From: Eledone cirrhosa
Lineage: Eukaryota
DNA: 64,000 nucleotides
NCBI GenBank assembly: GCA_964016885.1
Contig: OZ024742.1
Location: 297,166,001-297,230,000, forward strand
Reading direction: 5' to 3'
Shown here: piece after piece, positions 24,095 to 38,000 of the stretch
Layout of the letters: every line of letters begins with the position of its first letter
Position numbering within the stretch: position 1 is the first letter of the stretch
The notes under the pieces: model-generated
Seen by the model: the letters and a program-made list of their open reading frames with translations, nothing else
Databases searched by the model: none
What the model was told of the DNA's origin: nothing
Translations under genes and position numbers: made by a program

Positions 24095-24380
24095 AGTGCT
24101 CAGGTGCACTACAACTCAAAGGTGTATGTATAGTACATAGAATAATGTACAAATATAAAGAAAGTGAATAGTGTATGAGTCATGATATACACACAGACAT
24201 GTGTGCATGTGTATGGAAGGGGAATATCAGGTGTAGCGCTGGCAAATTTGAGAAAGCAAGGAAGTTTTGAAGGATGAAGTGTCCCGACAGCTAGCAACTG
24301 ATGCAGGTAGTTTGTTCCATGCTTCACCAACTCTGAGCATGAACAAATGTTTCTGAAAGTCATGTGAACTGATATGACAT
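24095..24380 (-). mobile_element. CR1 LINE 3' end fragment
   Basis: HDFQKHLFMLRVGEAWNKLPASVASCRDTSSFKTSL, same family as 50020-50825. Confidence 0.8.
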
Positions 24381-26330
24381 TTCATCAAAATCTCTGTGTG
24401 CAAACATGATTGTCTGATTAAAGTATTCGTTTTGCAGCCACTTAAGATTGAATTCAGTACTGCATGGCATTTGGGGTTAGTGCATTCTATTATAGCATTT
24501 ACCAATGCCCTTCTAACAATTTTTAATAGATGCTGTTTGGTAATCTTATTAAATCTTCTGTGTAAGTTATGCTACATAGCGATTTTAGTTTATCAATAAG
24601 AAGATAGTTGTTTTTATCTTTATCAGCTACCTGATTATTTTCAGATTTTTATGTAAAAACCATACAAAAAGAACAGAAAAATCTCTCCTGCTTCTGTATT
24701 AGCTTCTATTGGCCTCTTTGCTTCAATATTTTAAATATATTTCTATTGATTTTCGTATTTTACAAATTCATGGGGAAAAAAAAAATTCCTCTGTGATATT
24801 TCAGACTGCATCAGTTGATGTAAATTTGCTCTTTTGAAATAAATTTTCTAAGATTATTTTTGTATAAAAAGTAACAGAAGTAAAATCTCACAAATTTACT
24901 CTAATTTATTTTGTTCAGTATTTTTAAATCACTCTTGTTTTTCATTAAATTAGGAACCTAAGGTTACTGAGGCCTTTCAAAATATCATGTGCTTTTACAG
25001 CAAAAATCACAATATAATCAATGAGTCATGTTTTTCAAAGGCCAATGGAATCATGTGGTTAACAAAGGAACCAAGACAACACAGGGAAGAGAAAATCATT
25101 TGGCCTTGTCAAGGATTTGAAAACCATTCTAATGATAGTGCCATGATCAACTCTGTATACTCTATAAAGAGAATGGCAATGAAATGAAGACAATATGGGA
25201 TAGAGTGAACTTATTAGTATTGGCATATACAGGGAAACCTCTCTAGTTCTGGTGCCAAAGTGTAATGGGTACATTTATCATGTAATCACTGACACTAGGG
25301 AAGTTTGTATGGCAAGTTTTCTGCAGCTGTGTAGTCTTCCTATCACCAACCACATATATACAATGTACTGGGTGTGTTTCATATGAATCACCAATACGAA
25401 GGAGGTTGTCATGCCTTTGACATAATTGTAGTATCCTCCTGTGTCGTAACAGAATGCACTGAGTGCATTGATCTTATAGGTCACCAACACTAGTGAGGCT
25501 GTCATGCCACTAACACAACTTGAGAATCTTCTCATTCCTTTTTGGCAAGATGCTCCTCCTGTCACCAAACACCCTACAGGGGACATTTTTCATAGTACCA
25601 GTACTAGGTGTGGGAATTATGATTTGAGAGATGGGATGTGGACAGGAAATGTGCAGGGAAGGTAAGAATAATACAGTGTACATTAAGTTATGACTATTAT
25701 GCTGATATGATGAACATAGCACTGAAGTTGAGGCTTATGATAATGACTCTGTACTGTATAAACTGAGACAACATTCAGGAGACAAGTTTCATTTATCAAC
25801 TCTATTTCTCTTTGTTTTATTGTCCTTTTTTTAATGTCTTTCTCTCTGCTATTCTGTTACATAGTATTCTCCAATTTAATGGTCTCTGCTTTGAAGATGT
25901 TTCCTTTCTTTGAAAGTTTTCGATCTTGTATATTTCACATAAAATTTTTATTCCTCTGAATTAGTTCTCAAGGAAATGCATTCCACAATACAAGTTGAAT
26001 TTCTTTACTAGCCATAAAAGAAATGTGAATATAAAAACCATCCAAGACTTTTCATGACTTTCATTGCTAATCTGATCTGTAATGCTTTACCAGTTCCAAT
26101 CAGTTTTTGTTACACTGACCTTTCGATAATTTCCTGTTTTCAATTATGCTGTATTGTCTTCTAAACAGGATGATCTCTATGTACTTGACAATGTTTCCAC
26201 TAGGTATGTGTTTCATAACACCTTTTCTAAATGTCTTTGTTTGGGTGCATTTAGGCTAACTTGTTTATTATATTTATTACCATATATACATGCATTTATA
26301 CACATACACACACACACACATATATATATA

Positions 26331-26540
26331 TGTAGAAATGAGATGTTAGGGACTGGGGTCCCTATCATTCCACTGCAAAGTGGTCGTGGAGGTGCCATGG
26401 CAAAAAAGCACCCAGCACTCACTGTAAATGAGGTTGGTGTTAGGAAGGGCATTCAGCTGTAGAAATCAAGCCAGAATCAGTTCCCGTCCCACCCTTGCAA
26501 GCAGGGAAAAAGCGGACGTATAATGAAATGATGAAATGAT
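26331..26540 (+). mobile_element. 5'-truncated SINE family A
   Basis: Matches 17570-17780. Confidence 0.85.
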
Positions 26541-26547
26541 ATATATG

Positions 26548-26608
<61 letters not shown>

Positions 26609-26736
26609 GTATATGTTGGTTGTTTACCGTTCCTCAAGGAAATAACAACACAACCAGGAGTTGGACATATCGATGTATTTTCGGAGTAAAACACACTTCA
26701 ACAACATGTGTACCTGTCTTTCCCACACCAATTTGG

Positions 26737-26791
26737 ACTGCCTGAAGAGGTCACAGCCAATGATGGCTGTCACCGAAATATATATAGCAGT
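26737..26791 (+). ncRNA. Type I hammerhead ribozyme
   Basis: ACUGC-CUGAAGA-GGUcACAGCCA auga UGGCUGUcACC-GAAA-UAUAUA-UA/GCAGU. 5-bp stem I, long stem II, palindromic AU-only stem III, inside a ~240-bp insert between microsatellites. Confidence 0.8.
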
Positions 26792-26850
26792 ATATCTATA
26801 ATTTATAATAAACGAAGCCAAACTTTACATATTTGACTTAATTATTTTAT

Positions 26851-26882
<32 letters not shown>

Positions 26883-26996
26883 TTTACGTCCGCTCTATTT
26901 CTATATATATATATATATATATAAATCAGGATGGATTCAGTTAGAAACTGGTTAGACAATTACTCATCAGAGTACTCGATACTTGGGACTGTAGGG

Positions 26997-27050
<54 letters not shown>

Positions 27051-27054
<4 letters not shown>

Positions 27055-27467
27055 TCATCATCATCATCAACGTTTAACGTCCGTGTTCCACGCTTGCATG
27101 GGTTTGGACGGGGGTAGTCCCACTTGAGGCAAGAGTGATTGTCTTGCTCGCATAGGACTGTCTGGCAGGTTTTCTACAGTTGGATGCCCTTCCTAACACC
27201 AACCACATTTACAGTGTGGGTCTGGGAGGTTTTTACCGTGTTGCCTACACGGCCACATTACAGCGTGGACTGTGTGTTTTTTTGTCGTGACACCTACACG
27301 ATCTCATTTGTTTCGGCCTGGATGGCGCGGCACCAACATAACTTTACATAGAACGGGGTGGTGTGGATGGGGTGGGGGTGGGACGGGGTGTATTTTGTTA
27401 GAGATGCCTACTGGCAAGGCGGGTCTTCTCTGTTACTGAGTACCGCCAAAGGTCTCGGTCCAGTGAC

Positions 27468-27468
<1 letters not shown>
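27051..27468 (-). mobile_element. RTE LINE 3' UTR fragment
   Basis: Colinear with 29968-30420 and 34300-34761; (GAT)n tail. Confidence 0.75.
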
Positions 27469-27542
<74 letters not shown>

Positions 27543-28859
27543 ATATGTGGTTGATAACTTAGAGAAAAGATTACTCAATACCATTGTAGAGTTTTAACAT
27601 TCATTTTATTAATGCTAAATAGTGAGTCTTGTTACACTGGAATTTTGACTGTTTATATATATATAGTTTTGTTAAAGAAGCCAGTGAAATAGTGACCCAT
27701 ATAGCTTCAGCAGTCCTTTTACTCACTCAGTAAGACATATGATTTGAATGTGGGAACATTCAAAACTATACATAAGAGTTCACACAATATATGTTGTTTG
27801 TAATGAAGGTGACAAAAATCCCTAGACTAAATTTAGTTTCTGCTAGCATGAACTGATCAGTCATGAACAGCTGCACCTGTCATTTACATTGGTCATACAG
27901 TGCATAATTTGGACAACCAACTTCTCATCACTTCATCAGCAGGATCGTTCTTCAAAACACCTGTAGGTTTTCATGTTTCTGGATTTGTGGGAATAAGTAC
28001 CAGTCAAGCACTGCCATTGATATGATTGGCTAACGTTCAACTCCACTATAAAAATCTGTATCCATGTTCTTATGTTATAAACTAGTATTGGTTTTATGTA
28101 AAACAAAAATGTTTACTACTTAGGAGGAACATGCTACCTCCATTTTAAAGTTTTAGGTTTAGATTTAGCTTGCTTTCTATAGGGTTGCATCTCGTACATG
28201 GTTTCTTGAGTGTTTCAATAATTAAAATATGATACTATCATGTCACCATTTACTAGTAATAGGGGATTGTATTTGAACTCAGAATGTACAGTGCTAGAAC
28301 AGATAAAAGAATGCACCCTATCTGATAATCCAACAACTCCAGCTTTCCATTATTTTTGACTAGTACTTAATTTACCAGACTTAAAAGATTTTATTTATTG
28401 ACCTCTACAGAATAAAAGGCAAAGTTTACCTTAGTGGGATTTGAACTGATGGTATGGTACAAATCTCCCAATTTCCCATCCTACTGTTTACAAAAGTTAC
28501 AAATAAGATATTACTGTTTTAGTTTGTTATTTTCTCTCTTATTCTACAAAAACAGGAAGTGATACAATGATGTCAGAAAGGACAAAAAAGCAGTAAAGAT
28601 AATATCCTCCAAAACTTGGAATCATGTGAAGAAATGTTCAGCAGGCAAAAGAGATCAAAAGAAAATCTATTTATCGAATTATTGGAGGATATATGTTCAG
28701 TTCCTTTCTGAAGTCAAGTTGAAAAGAAATACCAATGCTAATTTTCATATAATGCATTTAATGTGGTTTCTTTTATGACACAAGTTAAATTGAGAGGTGC
28801 TTTATAATGATTGTTCTATACATGTTTACAAATTATATCTCGCTACTTATATATATATA

Positions 28860-28926
<67 letters not shown>

Positions 28927-29511
28927 ATGATAATAAGCATCATCATCGGCATCACCACCACCATCATCATCATCATGACTTTATATCTTAGATATATTAA
29001 AACTAAGAATAAGATCAAGTACTGATGCCATGATAAATGCACCCAGTAGAGTCTGTAAAGGAGTTGGCAATAGAAAGGGTATCCAATCATTGAAACCATG
29101 CTAAAAGAAGAACATATTGAGCATGGCATAAACTTCAGCTAATCTAATATAAAAGTAACTCTAATTAAGTACTCATTCAACCTATACCAACAAAGAAAGC
29201 AGATATAAAATGATGATGGGGATGATGATGACATCCATAGTTGGAATGTTTTGATCACAAGTCTACTGGATCAGAATTGACTTGAAGCTAAATAACAATG
29301 CCATAAGAATATTTATATAAGAAAGTAAAGTTTGGGTGGAAATAAATCTTGTAATATGAAAAAGACAGAAATTAAATATCTGGAGCAAAAATGAAATAAA
29401 TAACAAATATTTTGGGAAAAGTGATTTGTGCTAGCTAAAATATGAAAAAAAAAACATCACAACATGAGTCAAATAAGAATAGTGAGTAGACTATAAAAAT
29501 GTATTTTGAGA

Positions 29512-29544
<33 letters not shown>

Positions 29545-29547
<3 letters not shown>

Positions 29548-29893
29548 TCATCATCATCATCATCATTTCATTTTACGTCCGCTTTTCCCTGCTTGCAAGG
29601 GTGGGACGGGAACTGATTCTGGCTTGGTTTCTACAGCTGGATGCCCTTCCTAACACCAACCTCATTTACAGTGAGTGCTGGGTGCTTTTTTGCCGTGGCA
29701 CCTCCACGACCACTTTGCAGTGGAATGATATGGACCCCAGTCCCTATCATCTCATTTCTACAGCTGAGTAAACTGGAGCAATGTGAAATAAATTGTCTTG
29801 CTCAAGGAAACAACACATCACCCGGTCTGAGAATTGAACTCACAACCTTTCGATTGCAAGGCCAATGCTCTAACCACTAAGCCATGTGCCTCC
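29545..29893 (-). mobile_element. Full-length SINE family A
   Basis: Reverse complement of 17439-17780 with few differences; inserted in (TA)n. Confidence 0.9.
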
Positions 29894-29967
29894 ATATATA
29901 TATATATATATATGTATGTATATGTATGTATATCTATATTTATATGTTTGTATAAATATATTTGTAT

Positions 29968-32900
29968 ATCATCATCATCATCATCGTTTAACGTCTATCT
30001 TCCACGCTAGTATGGGTTAAGACGGGAATTGTTCCACTTGAAGCAAGATTGGTCATCTCGCTCATATGGGACTGTCTGGCAGGTTTTCTACGGCTGGATT
30101 CCCTTCCTAACACCAACCACGTTTACAGTGTGGACTGGGAGGTTGTTACTGTGTTACCTACACGGCCACATTACAGCGTGGACTTGTGTGTTTTTGTCGT
30201 GACACCTACACAACCTCATTTATTTAGCACTGGATGTTGTGGTACCAACATAACTTTACAGAAAAAGGGGCGGTGTTGATGGGGGTGAGGGTCGGGGAGT
30301 TGGGGTAGTGAGATGGGGGTGTATATTTGATTAAGAGGTGCCTACTTACTGTAGGTTTCGCTTTGTACTTAGGCAAGGCGGGTCTTCTGTATTACTGTGT
30401 AGCAGTCAAGTGACATTGTCTTAGAGAGGTGTAAGTGTGTAAGGTTGGAATTTATCAAATCGTCCCAGGTTTTTCTGGGTCTGCCTAGTCTGTAACTTCC
30501 ATCAATTTGATCGCCCTGCACATTTTTATATAGCTGTTGTCTTTCATGTGCATCACGTGACCATACCAACAAAGTCTTCTCTCAAGTAAACAATATCAGT
30601 TCTCTCTTATACCTAATTTCTCACTTAGTTCATTTATGCTTGCTGTTCACGTATATTACTATTACACATCCAATGGAGCATGCATCCTTCGTTCCTCTCC
30701 AGTCTGCGTATATCCTCTGCACACAATGCCCATGTTTCACTGCCATGTAACATTGCTGTTCGTATGCAGGCATCATACAGTCTGCCATTCATTTTTAGAG
30801 AGAAACCTTTAGTGGCCAATAGTGGTATAAGCTCTCTGAACTTTTTCCATCCCATTCTGACTCTGGCTACTGTACTAGCAGAGCACCCTACAGCACTGCT
30901 GATTTTGTCACCCAGGTAACGGAATGTGTCCACTATTTCTATAGAGCCATCTGGGCAATAGAAGGAGCTAGTATCCTGTGGGCAGTTGCTACTTATTGCA
31001 CCTGAGCACCGGCCACATATAAATCTACATTCTTAGATAGCTTACCTGTGATCCCACTACATCTGTTATGCCCCATACTTTGCATTTGGGACATAAAATG
31101 CCTACTCCTTTCCTACACACTGAGCATGGCCATTTCCCAGAGGGAACTTGTGCCCGATTTTCCTTCCTACATACTAGAACTTGAGTCTTAGACAAGTTAA
31201 CTTTAAGGCCTTTTGATTCTAGACCATGCTTCCATGTATGAAATTTTTTCTCTAGTTCATCCATCGATTCAGCTATGAGTGTTAGATCATCTGCATATAG
31301 AAGTTTCCATGGGCAGCCGGTCTTGAACTCCTCTGTTATAGCCTGAAGGGCAATAATAAATAGGAGGGGGCTAAGGACAGAGCCCTGATGAACACCAACT
31401 TTTACACTAAATTCTTCCCTATATGCGTTGTTAATTCTAACCTTGCTGACTGTTTCTTTATACATGGCTTGTATAGCTCTCACAAGCCATTCATCAACCC
31501 CTCATTTTCTAACGGCCCACCAGATAATGGCACGGGGGACTCTGTCAAATGCTTTCTCCAAGTCAACAAAAGCTAACAATAGGGGTTTAATTTTAGCTAG
31601 GTACTTCTCCTGTAGTTGTCGTACAAGGAAAAGGGTAACTGTGGTACTTTTACCTGACACAAACCCAAACTTCATTTCATCTAGATCAATTCGCTCTCTG
31701 ATTAGTTGCGCTATAACTTTTTCTGAGACCTTCATGACCTGGTCAATTAATTTAATGCCTCTTTAGTTTCCCCTATCTAGGGCATCTCCTTTACCCTTGT
31801 AGCAGTTAATGATGATGCTGCTACGCCAGTCATATGGTATGACCCTGTTCTGTATGACTTGGTTTACTATCTGGGTGACCATAGTGTGGCCCACCATTCC
31901 AGCTGCTTTCAGCATTTCAGCAACTATCTCCAAAGGCCCACCTGCCTTGCCTGTCTTCATATCTTTGATTGCCTTATTTATTATACTACCTTCGACTTGC
32001 ACTGCTGGTCCCTCTATTGGATCGATGTGGAGCAGACTATCTTTTTCCCATTTATTCTCCTCATTTAGTACCCTCTCGTAGTGACACTTCAAAGCTACCT
32101 TCTTATCAGCATCAGTGATGGCAAGTACACCATCATCATTATGGACACACTTCTCCCCGACAATATCACGGTTTTCCTTGACACATTGCCTGGCAATCCT
32201 GAACACCTCACATTTTTGGTCCTCGCGTTGTAGAACATGCTTGAACTTTCTTTCCTCTGCTTCCCTTCTTGCAAAGTACACTTGTCTCCTAGCTTCTCTC
32301 CTAACCACCTGATAGTGTTCTCTACATCCCCCATCCCGCCATACTTTCCGAGCCTGCTTTTTGGCCTTGATGGACTCCTCCACCTTACTGTTCCACCACC
32401 ATGTTACTCTCCTCCTGCCTATAGGTCTGCTCCAGCAACAGATTTCATCTGTCGCCTTCAGCAGGTTAACTTTCAGGAATTCCCTAAATTGTACGTCTCT
32501 AATTGCTCTTCCTTACTGTCAAAAGCATCAAGTAATTTGCTTTTAAATTTATTACTGGCTGTGGGGCTTTTAACTACCATATTCTTCTCCTTAGGGTAGT
32601 CCTCCTCTGTTGTCAAGTACGTCTCGTCCTGACTTTGAGATCGCTAACTATGAGGCTATGTTGGAAGGTGCATTCTTCACAGGGGGGGGATTTAGTGTTT
32701 ACAACAGACACTCTGTCATGTCTTCTGGTAAGGATATAATCTATCTGACTGGCATGTTCCCCCTTATCTATAGGTGATCATGTGATTCTCGTTTTTTGAA
32801 GTTTGTGTTACAGATAGTTAGGTTATTAGCGTCACAGAATTCCAGGATTCTGAAACCTTCCTCATTTCTAGTACCAAACCCATAGCCTCCATGGATTCCG

Positions 32901-33700
32901 TCATAGCCATCACAATGTTGTCCAACATGACCATTCAGATCACCAGCAATAATTATGTAGTCACTGTCGGTTATTTGGGAGGTAGTGAGCATTAGCGACT
33001 CATAGAATCTGTCTTTTATAATGCCAGGCAGTCCAGATTGGGGTGCATATGCAGATATTATTGTCACAGTAGTTCTATTTAGGACAAGTCTTATTTTAAT
33101 TATTCTGTCGTTCACTCTATTTACGTCTATTACCTTATATACCCATTTTTCTGCTAACATAATTCCTACTCCACCCAGCCCATTGTCACTTCCCACCTAG
33201 AAAAGTTTATAGCATCGTTTTTTACCCAAAATGAATCTAGCAGACCCAGCCCCTCCACTGGTCTCTTGAACACAGCAAACATCAACCTCCTTACGTTCAA
33301 GCATCTCTACAACCTCGTTAGAGCGGCCTTTTAAAGTGCTTACATTCATGGTACCAACTCTGAAGTTTCGGATTGCGTTTGGTGGGTGCAAAGGATGGGT
33401 TGGAGGCGCAGAGACGTGTGAGGGAGATGGGGTTATGTTAGCTATCTGCGGCCAAAATAAAGAGGAGTCCTTGCATTCACGTCCGGCAACATGCGGTGAA
33501 TTTATCTTTATCTTTGACATTGTCATTGAGTGTCCCAATTCTTCAGACTCTCCAGAATTCCATAGTCCATCTAGCATATCGAAAAAGCAACCAGGTCTAA
33601 ACTTAAAGAGTGATAGCCGAGGCGGTGGTTTTGTGAAAGAGTTTGGTAAGAGAAACATATTATAAGCCACTGAATTATTTATGGACCAAATAATAATGGT
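29968..33700 (-). mobile_element. Near full-length decayed RTE-clade LINE (APE endonuclease + RT)
   Basis: ORF pieces: VGTMNVSTLKGRSNEVVEML, SAYAPQSG, AGDLNGHVG, FVDLEKAFDRVP, GVHQGSVLSPLLF, LLYADDL and MLHGSETW; several frameshifts and stops. Confidence 0.95.
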
Positions 33701-34027
33701 GGCGAGTGGGGGCGGGGGGGGGGGGTATCTGGGGGAGTTAGCTAGAAGGTTATTTTATAATATAATCCTAGAAATTCGGCCATAATTAAACGAACATATA
33801 ACAGTAATGAGAGTTTAAATACAAGAAGATTTTTTTCGAGGGTCTGACAGAATTATGGGAGTTTAAAATACATGATTGTTTTGAAGATCTGACAGAATTA
33901 TCGAATAACATTGAAAAGTTTGCATTCTAAGTTAAACGGAGGATATAATACTGATAAGTAAATGGACTAGGAAAAACATGGAGAGACAAGAAAATATATA
34001 TATATGTATTTATATATATATATATAT

Positions 34028-34084
<57 letters not shown>

Positions 34085-34096
<12 letters not shown>

Positions 34097-34758
34097 CTAA
34101 GCATAAGCGGTATCAAATGTTGTGTGCAGGAGAGGAGATTGCGTTGGTATGGACATGTGATGCGTATGAAGGACAACAGCTGTATAAAAAGGGCAGGGCA
34201 ATCAAAATTGATGGAAGCTACAAAGTGGGTAGACCCAGAAAAACCTGGGATGAGGTGATAAAAACTTACCTTCCTCACTTACACCTCTCTAAGACAATGC
34301 CACTGGATTGAGATCTTTGGCGCTATGCAGTTATGCAGAAGACCCACCTTCCTTTACATACAAACCTAAACCTACAGTCCGTAGGCCCATCTTAAAACGA
34401 TATACAATCCACCCCACACCCACTACTCCATCCTCCCACTTCTGCCAACACCACCCTCTGTAAAGTTATGTTGGAACCACAGAACATCCAATTCACATTG
34501 TAAAGTGGTTGTGTAGTTCACACGACAAAAAGCACCCAGTCCACACTCTAAAGTGGTCATGGAGGAGACACAGTAAAAAGCCTCCCAGTCCCCACTGTAA
34601 ATGTGGTTGGCGTTGAGAAGTGCATCCAGCTGTAGAAAACCTTCCAGAAACAGTTCTATACAAGCGAGACACAGTCACCCGACCAATCTTGCCTCAAGTG
34701 GGACAAACCCGTCTAACCCATGCTTGCGTGGAAGATGGACATTAAACGATGATGATGA

Positions 34759-34761
<3 letters not shown>
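34085..34761 (+). mobile_element. RTE LINE 3' fragment with long 3' UTR
   Basis: ERRLRWYGHVMRM...GRPRKTWDEVI, then 3' UTR repeats and a (GAT)n tail; begins in (GA)n. Confidence 0.9.
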
Positions 34762-34804
<43 letters not shown>

Positions 34805-34809
34805 ATGTA

Positions 34810-34850
<41 letters not shown>

Positions 34851-35039
34851 ATATGTATATATGTATGTATACATCCATATATATGTATATGGCGCAAAAA
34901 AACCCCCAAAAAACTCACTTATTGACACTTATACGTACGACATACACACACACGCATACATATGCGCGCACACACACACATACATACGCGCCCACACAGC
35001 AACACTCATACATACAAACAAACACACATATGCGGGGAC

Positions 35040-38000
35040 ATAGAAATAATCGGGCTGGATGCCCGATCGCGCAGTTAAACCACTGGGAGTGAAGAGCCCC
35101 TAGCCCTTGTCAGGGCATTCTTCTAGGAGAAGGCATCTCAGGAAACTGGGCTAACTCCGACATAAAACCTGCGGCTCAGTAGTTACCGATGATGTTGATC
35201 TTTTCTTCTTTTCGTTTATAGCTTCTGTCGCTCAGAGAGTGGGATTGGCTCAGTACGCAGTCTTTCCTCACTTTAAAAATATTCGTCACGCACAGGCATT
35301 GCACGAGTGCATTAATAATTATTAATAGTGTATTATTATTATCCAATAAAGAAATCATTATTATTATTATTATTATTGTTACTATTATTATTACTTTTTT
35401 TTTTTTTTTTTCTTTTTTTTTTCAAATTCAATGATGTTCCAGAACAATATAAAAGAGATAATTGGCAATTTAGGTTCTGGAACAAAAAAGATAATTGGCA
35501 ATAAGGGCAGGGACCCCAGGTTATCACAGCCTGGGCCCGCTCGTAATCGTGACATTGTAGTAGAGCCAAATAAGGCATTTAGTCTTGGCTGCTGGAACGT
35601 ACGGACGCTGCTTGACAGGGATTCCTTGGAGCGTCCTGAACGAAGGACCGCTCTTGTTGCAAAGGAGCTTCGACGTTACGATCTTGACATCGTGGCTTTA
35701 TCTGAGACGAGGTTAGCTGGAGATGGTCATCTTACAGAATTTTGTGGAGAATATACATTCTTCTGGAAAGGGAGAGATGAAGGAACCAGAAGAGAGGCTG
35801 GGTAGGATTTGCTGTTAAGAATGTACTTGTGAATAAATTAGAAGAATTCCCAGTAGGGATTAGTGAGCGTCTTATGTCTATGAGAGTTCCGCTGGACAAA
35901 GGAAGATTTGCGACCCTGGTGAGTGTGTATGCTCCAACTATGAATTCTTCTCGATGAAGAAAAAGGGTCCTTTTACCATGCCTTGAAAGGTGTTTTAAGA
36001 AATATCCCTCAGGCAAACAAAGTCATCGTGCTTGGTGACTTTAATGCTAGAGTGGGTAGGGATTTTAACACATTGAATGTAATCGGAAGGCATGGGGTGG
36101 GAAAGTGTAACAACAATGGTATGCTCCTGCTGCAGCTCTGTGAGGAGCTGGATCTGTGTGTTACCAACACCATGCTCCAACAAAAGAACAAATTCAAGAC
36201 CACATGGATGCATCCTGCATCTAAGGAATGGCATCTTTTGGACTACGTCCTAGTCAGGATACGTGACAGATAGGATGTGTAGTGTGTTCGTGCTCTTCGT
36301 GGAGCTGAGTGCTGGACGGACCACCGCCTGGTACGCGCAAAAGTGAAACTAATCACGAAACGTAAAATCCGGGCTCCTGGTGTTGCACTGCCCAAAAGAT
36401 TGAATGCTGCTCGTCTTAAGGATAAAAATGTGAAGAGGACATTGGAAGAAGAGATGCAGGCTGCATATCTTGGTGAGGATTGGCCGACCCTTAAAAAGTC
36501 GGTTTATGATGTAGGCAGGCGTGTTCTGGGATTGGTGCAGAGAAAACATCAGGAATGGTTTAATGAGAATGATGTACATATAGAAGACTTGTTGGCTGAT
36601 AAGAGGCGTGCTCTGTCACGCTACTTGACGGCAAAACCACAGGAGAGGAATACGTTGCATGAGGAACTCAAGGATGTAAAATCACGTGTTAGGCGGAGTC
36701 TTTCTCAGATGAAGGATCAGTGGTGGTGTGAGAAGGCTGGTGAGATACAAACTGCGTCAGATTCCAGTAACACAAAGCTGTTGTACAGTCTCTTGCGTGA
36801 GGTTTATGGACCGTCTTCTTCTCTGGTGACACCGCTTCGCAGCAAGGATGGCAAAGAACTTCTTCGTGACTCACAAGGAATTCTACGAAGGTGGCGAGAG
36901 CACTTTGATGATCTTTTGAATCAGCCGTCTGTCGTCAGTGAAGATTTCCTCAATCTCATTCCAGAAAGTCCTGTGAAAGTAGCTCTCGCAGTACCTCTGA
37001 CGCTTGTGGAGGTTGCAGTGGCTATTTCGAACCTAAACAGTGGAAGATCTCCAGGTATGGATGGCATACATGCTGAGCTCCTACAATATGGTGGTGAGAG
37101 ACTCCTGCAACATCTTCACTCTTTGTTTGGCAGGATATGGGCTAATGAATCCGTACCTGAGGACTGGAGAGATGCAGTAATGGTGGTCTTGTACAAGGGA
37201 AAGGGTAACAGGAATGATTGTGGGGACTACAGAGGTATATCATTGCTTTCTGTCGTAGGGAAAGTTTTATGTAGGGTACTTCTCGACCGTATGCTGACAC
37301 ACATTGCAGATTGTGTTCTCCCTGAAAGTCAATCTGGTTTTCGTGCTGGACGCGGCACTACTGATATGATCTCCTCAGCTAGACAGCTCCAGGAGAAGTG
37401 CATGGAACAAGGTTTGGATCTGTTTCAGGTTTTTGTCGATCTGACAAAATCTTTCGATACTGTTCACAGAAATGCATTATGGAAGATTCTCCAGAAACTT
37501 GGTTGCCCTGATAAGTTCCTTTCTTTAGTTAGGTCTTTCCATGACAACATGAAGGCTTGGATTAATGTCGGAGGTAACATGTCAGAACCTATCTCAGTAA
37601 AAAATGGAGTGAACAGGGGAATATTCCAGCACCGACCCTGTTTGCCATATACTTTGCATTGGTTTTCTATATTGCATTCAGGAATTCCGAGCATCGTGTT
37701 TACATCCGATATCGAACCTCAGGCAGCATATTTAACATCAGGCGCTTTGCTGCAAAAACAAAAGTGTTTACATCAATCATAAGAGACCTCTTGTATGCAG
37801 ATGATTGCGATCTTGTAGCACACACAGAGAGTGATATGCAGCACATTTTGAATCCATTTTCTGATGCTTGCACTGCCCTAGGATGACTGTCAGTCTCAAG
37901 AAAACCGTCGTCATGTACTAACCTGCCCCTGGTAGGCAGTACAGTGAACCAAATATCTATGTGTATGGTAAACGACTTGGAGTGGTTGATCAGTTTGTCT

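Noticed and set aside
36343-37782. 479-aa ORF as a functional gene
   Set aside because: It is a fragment of an RTE LINE with flanking in-frame stops and a frameshift inside the RT domain.
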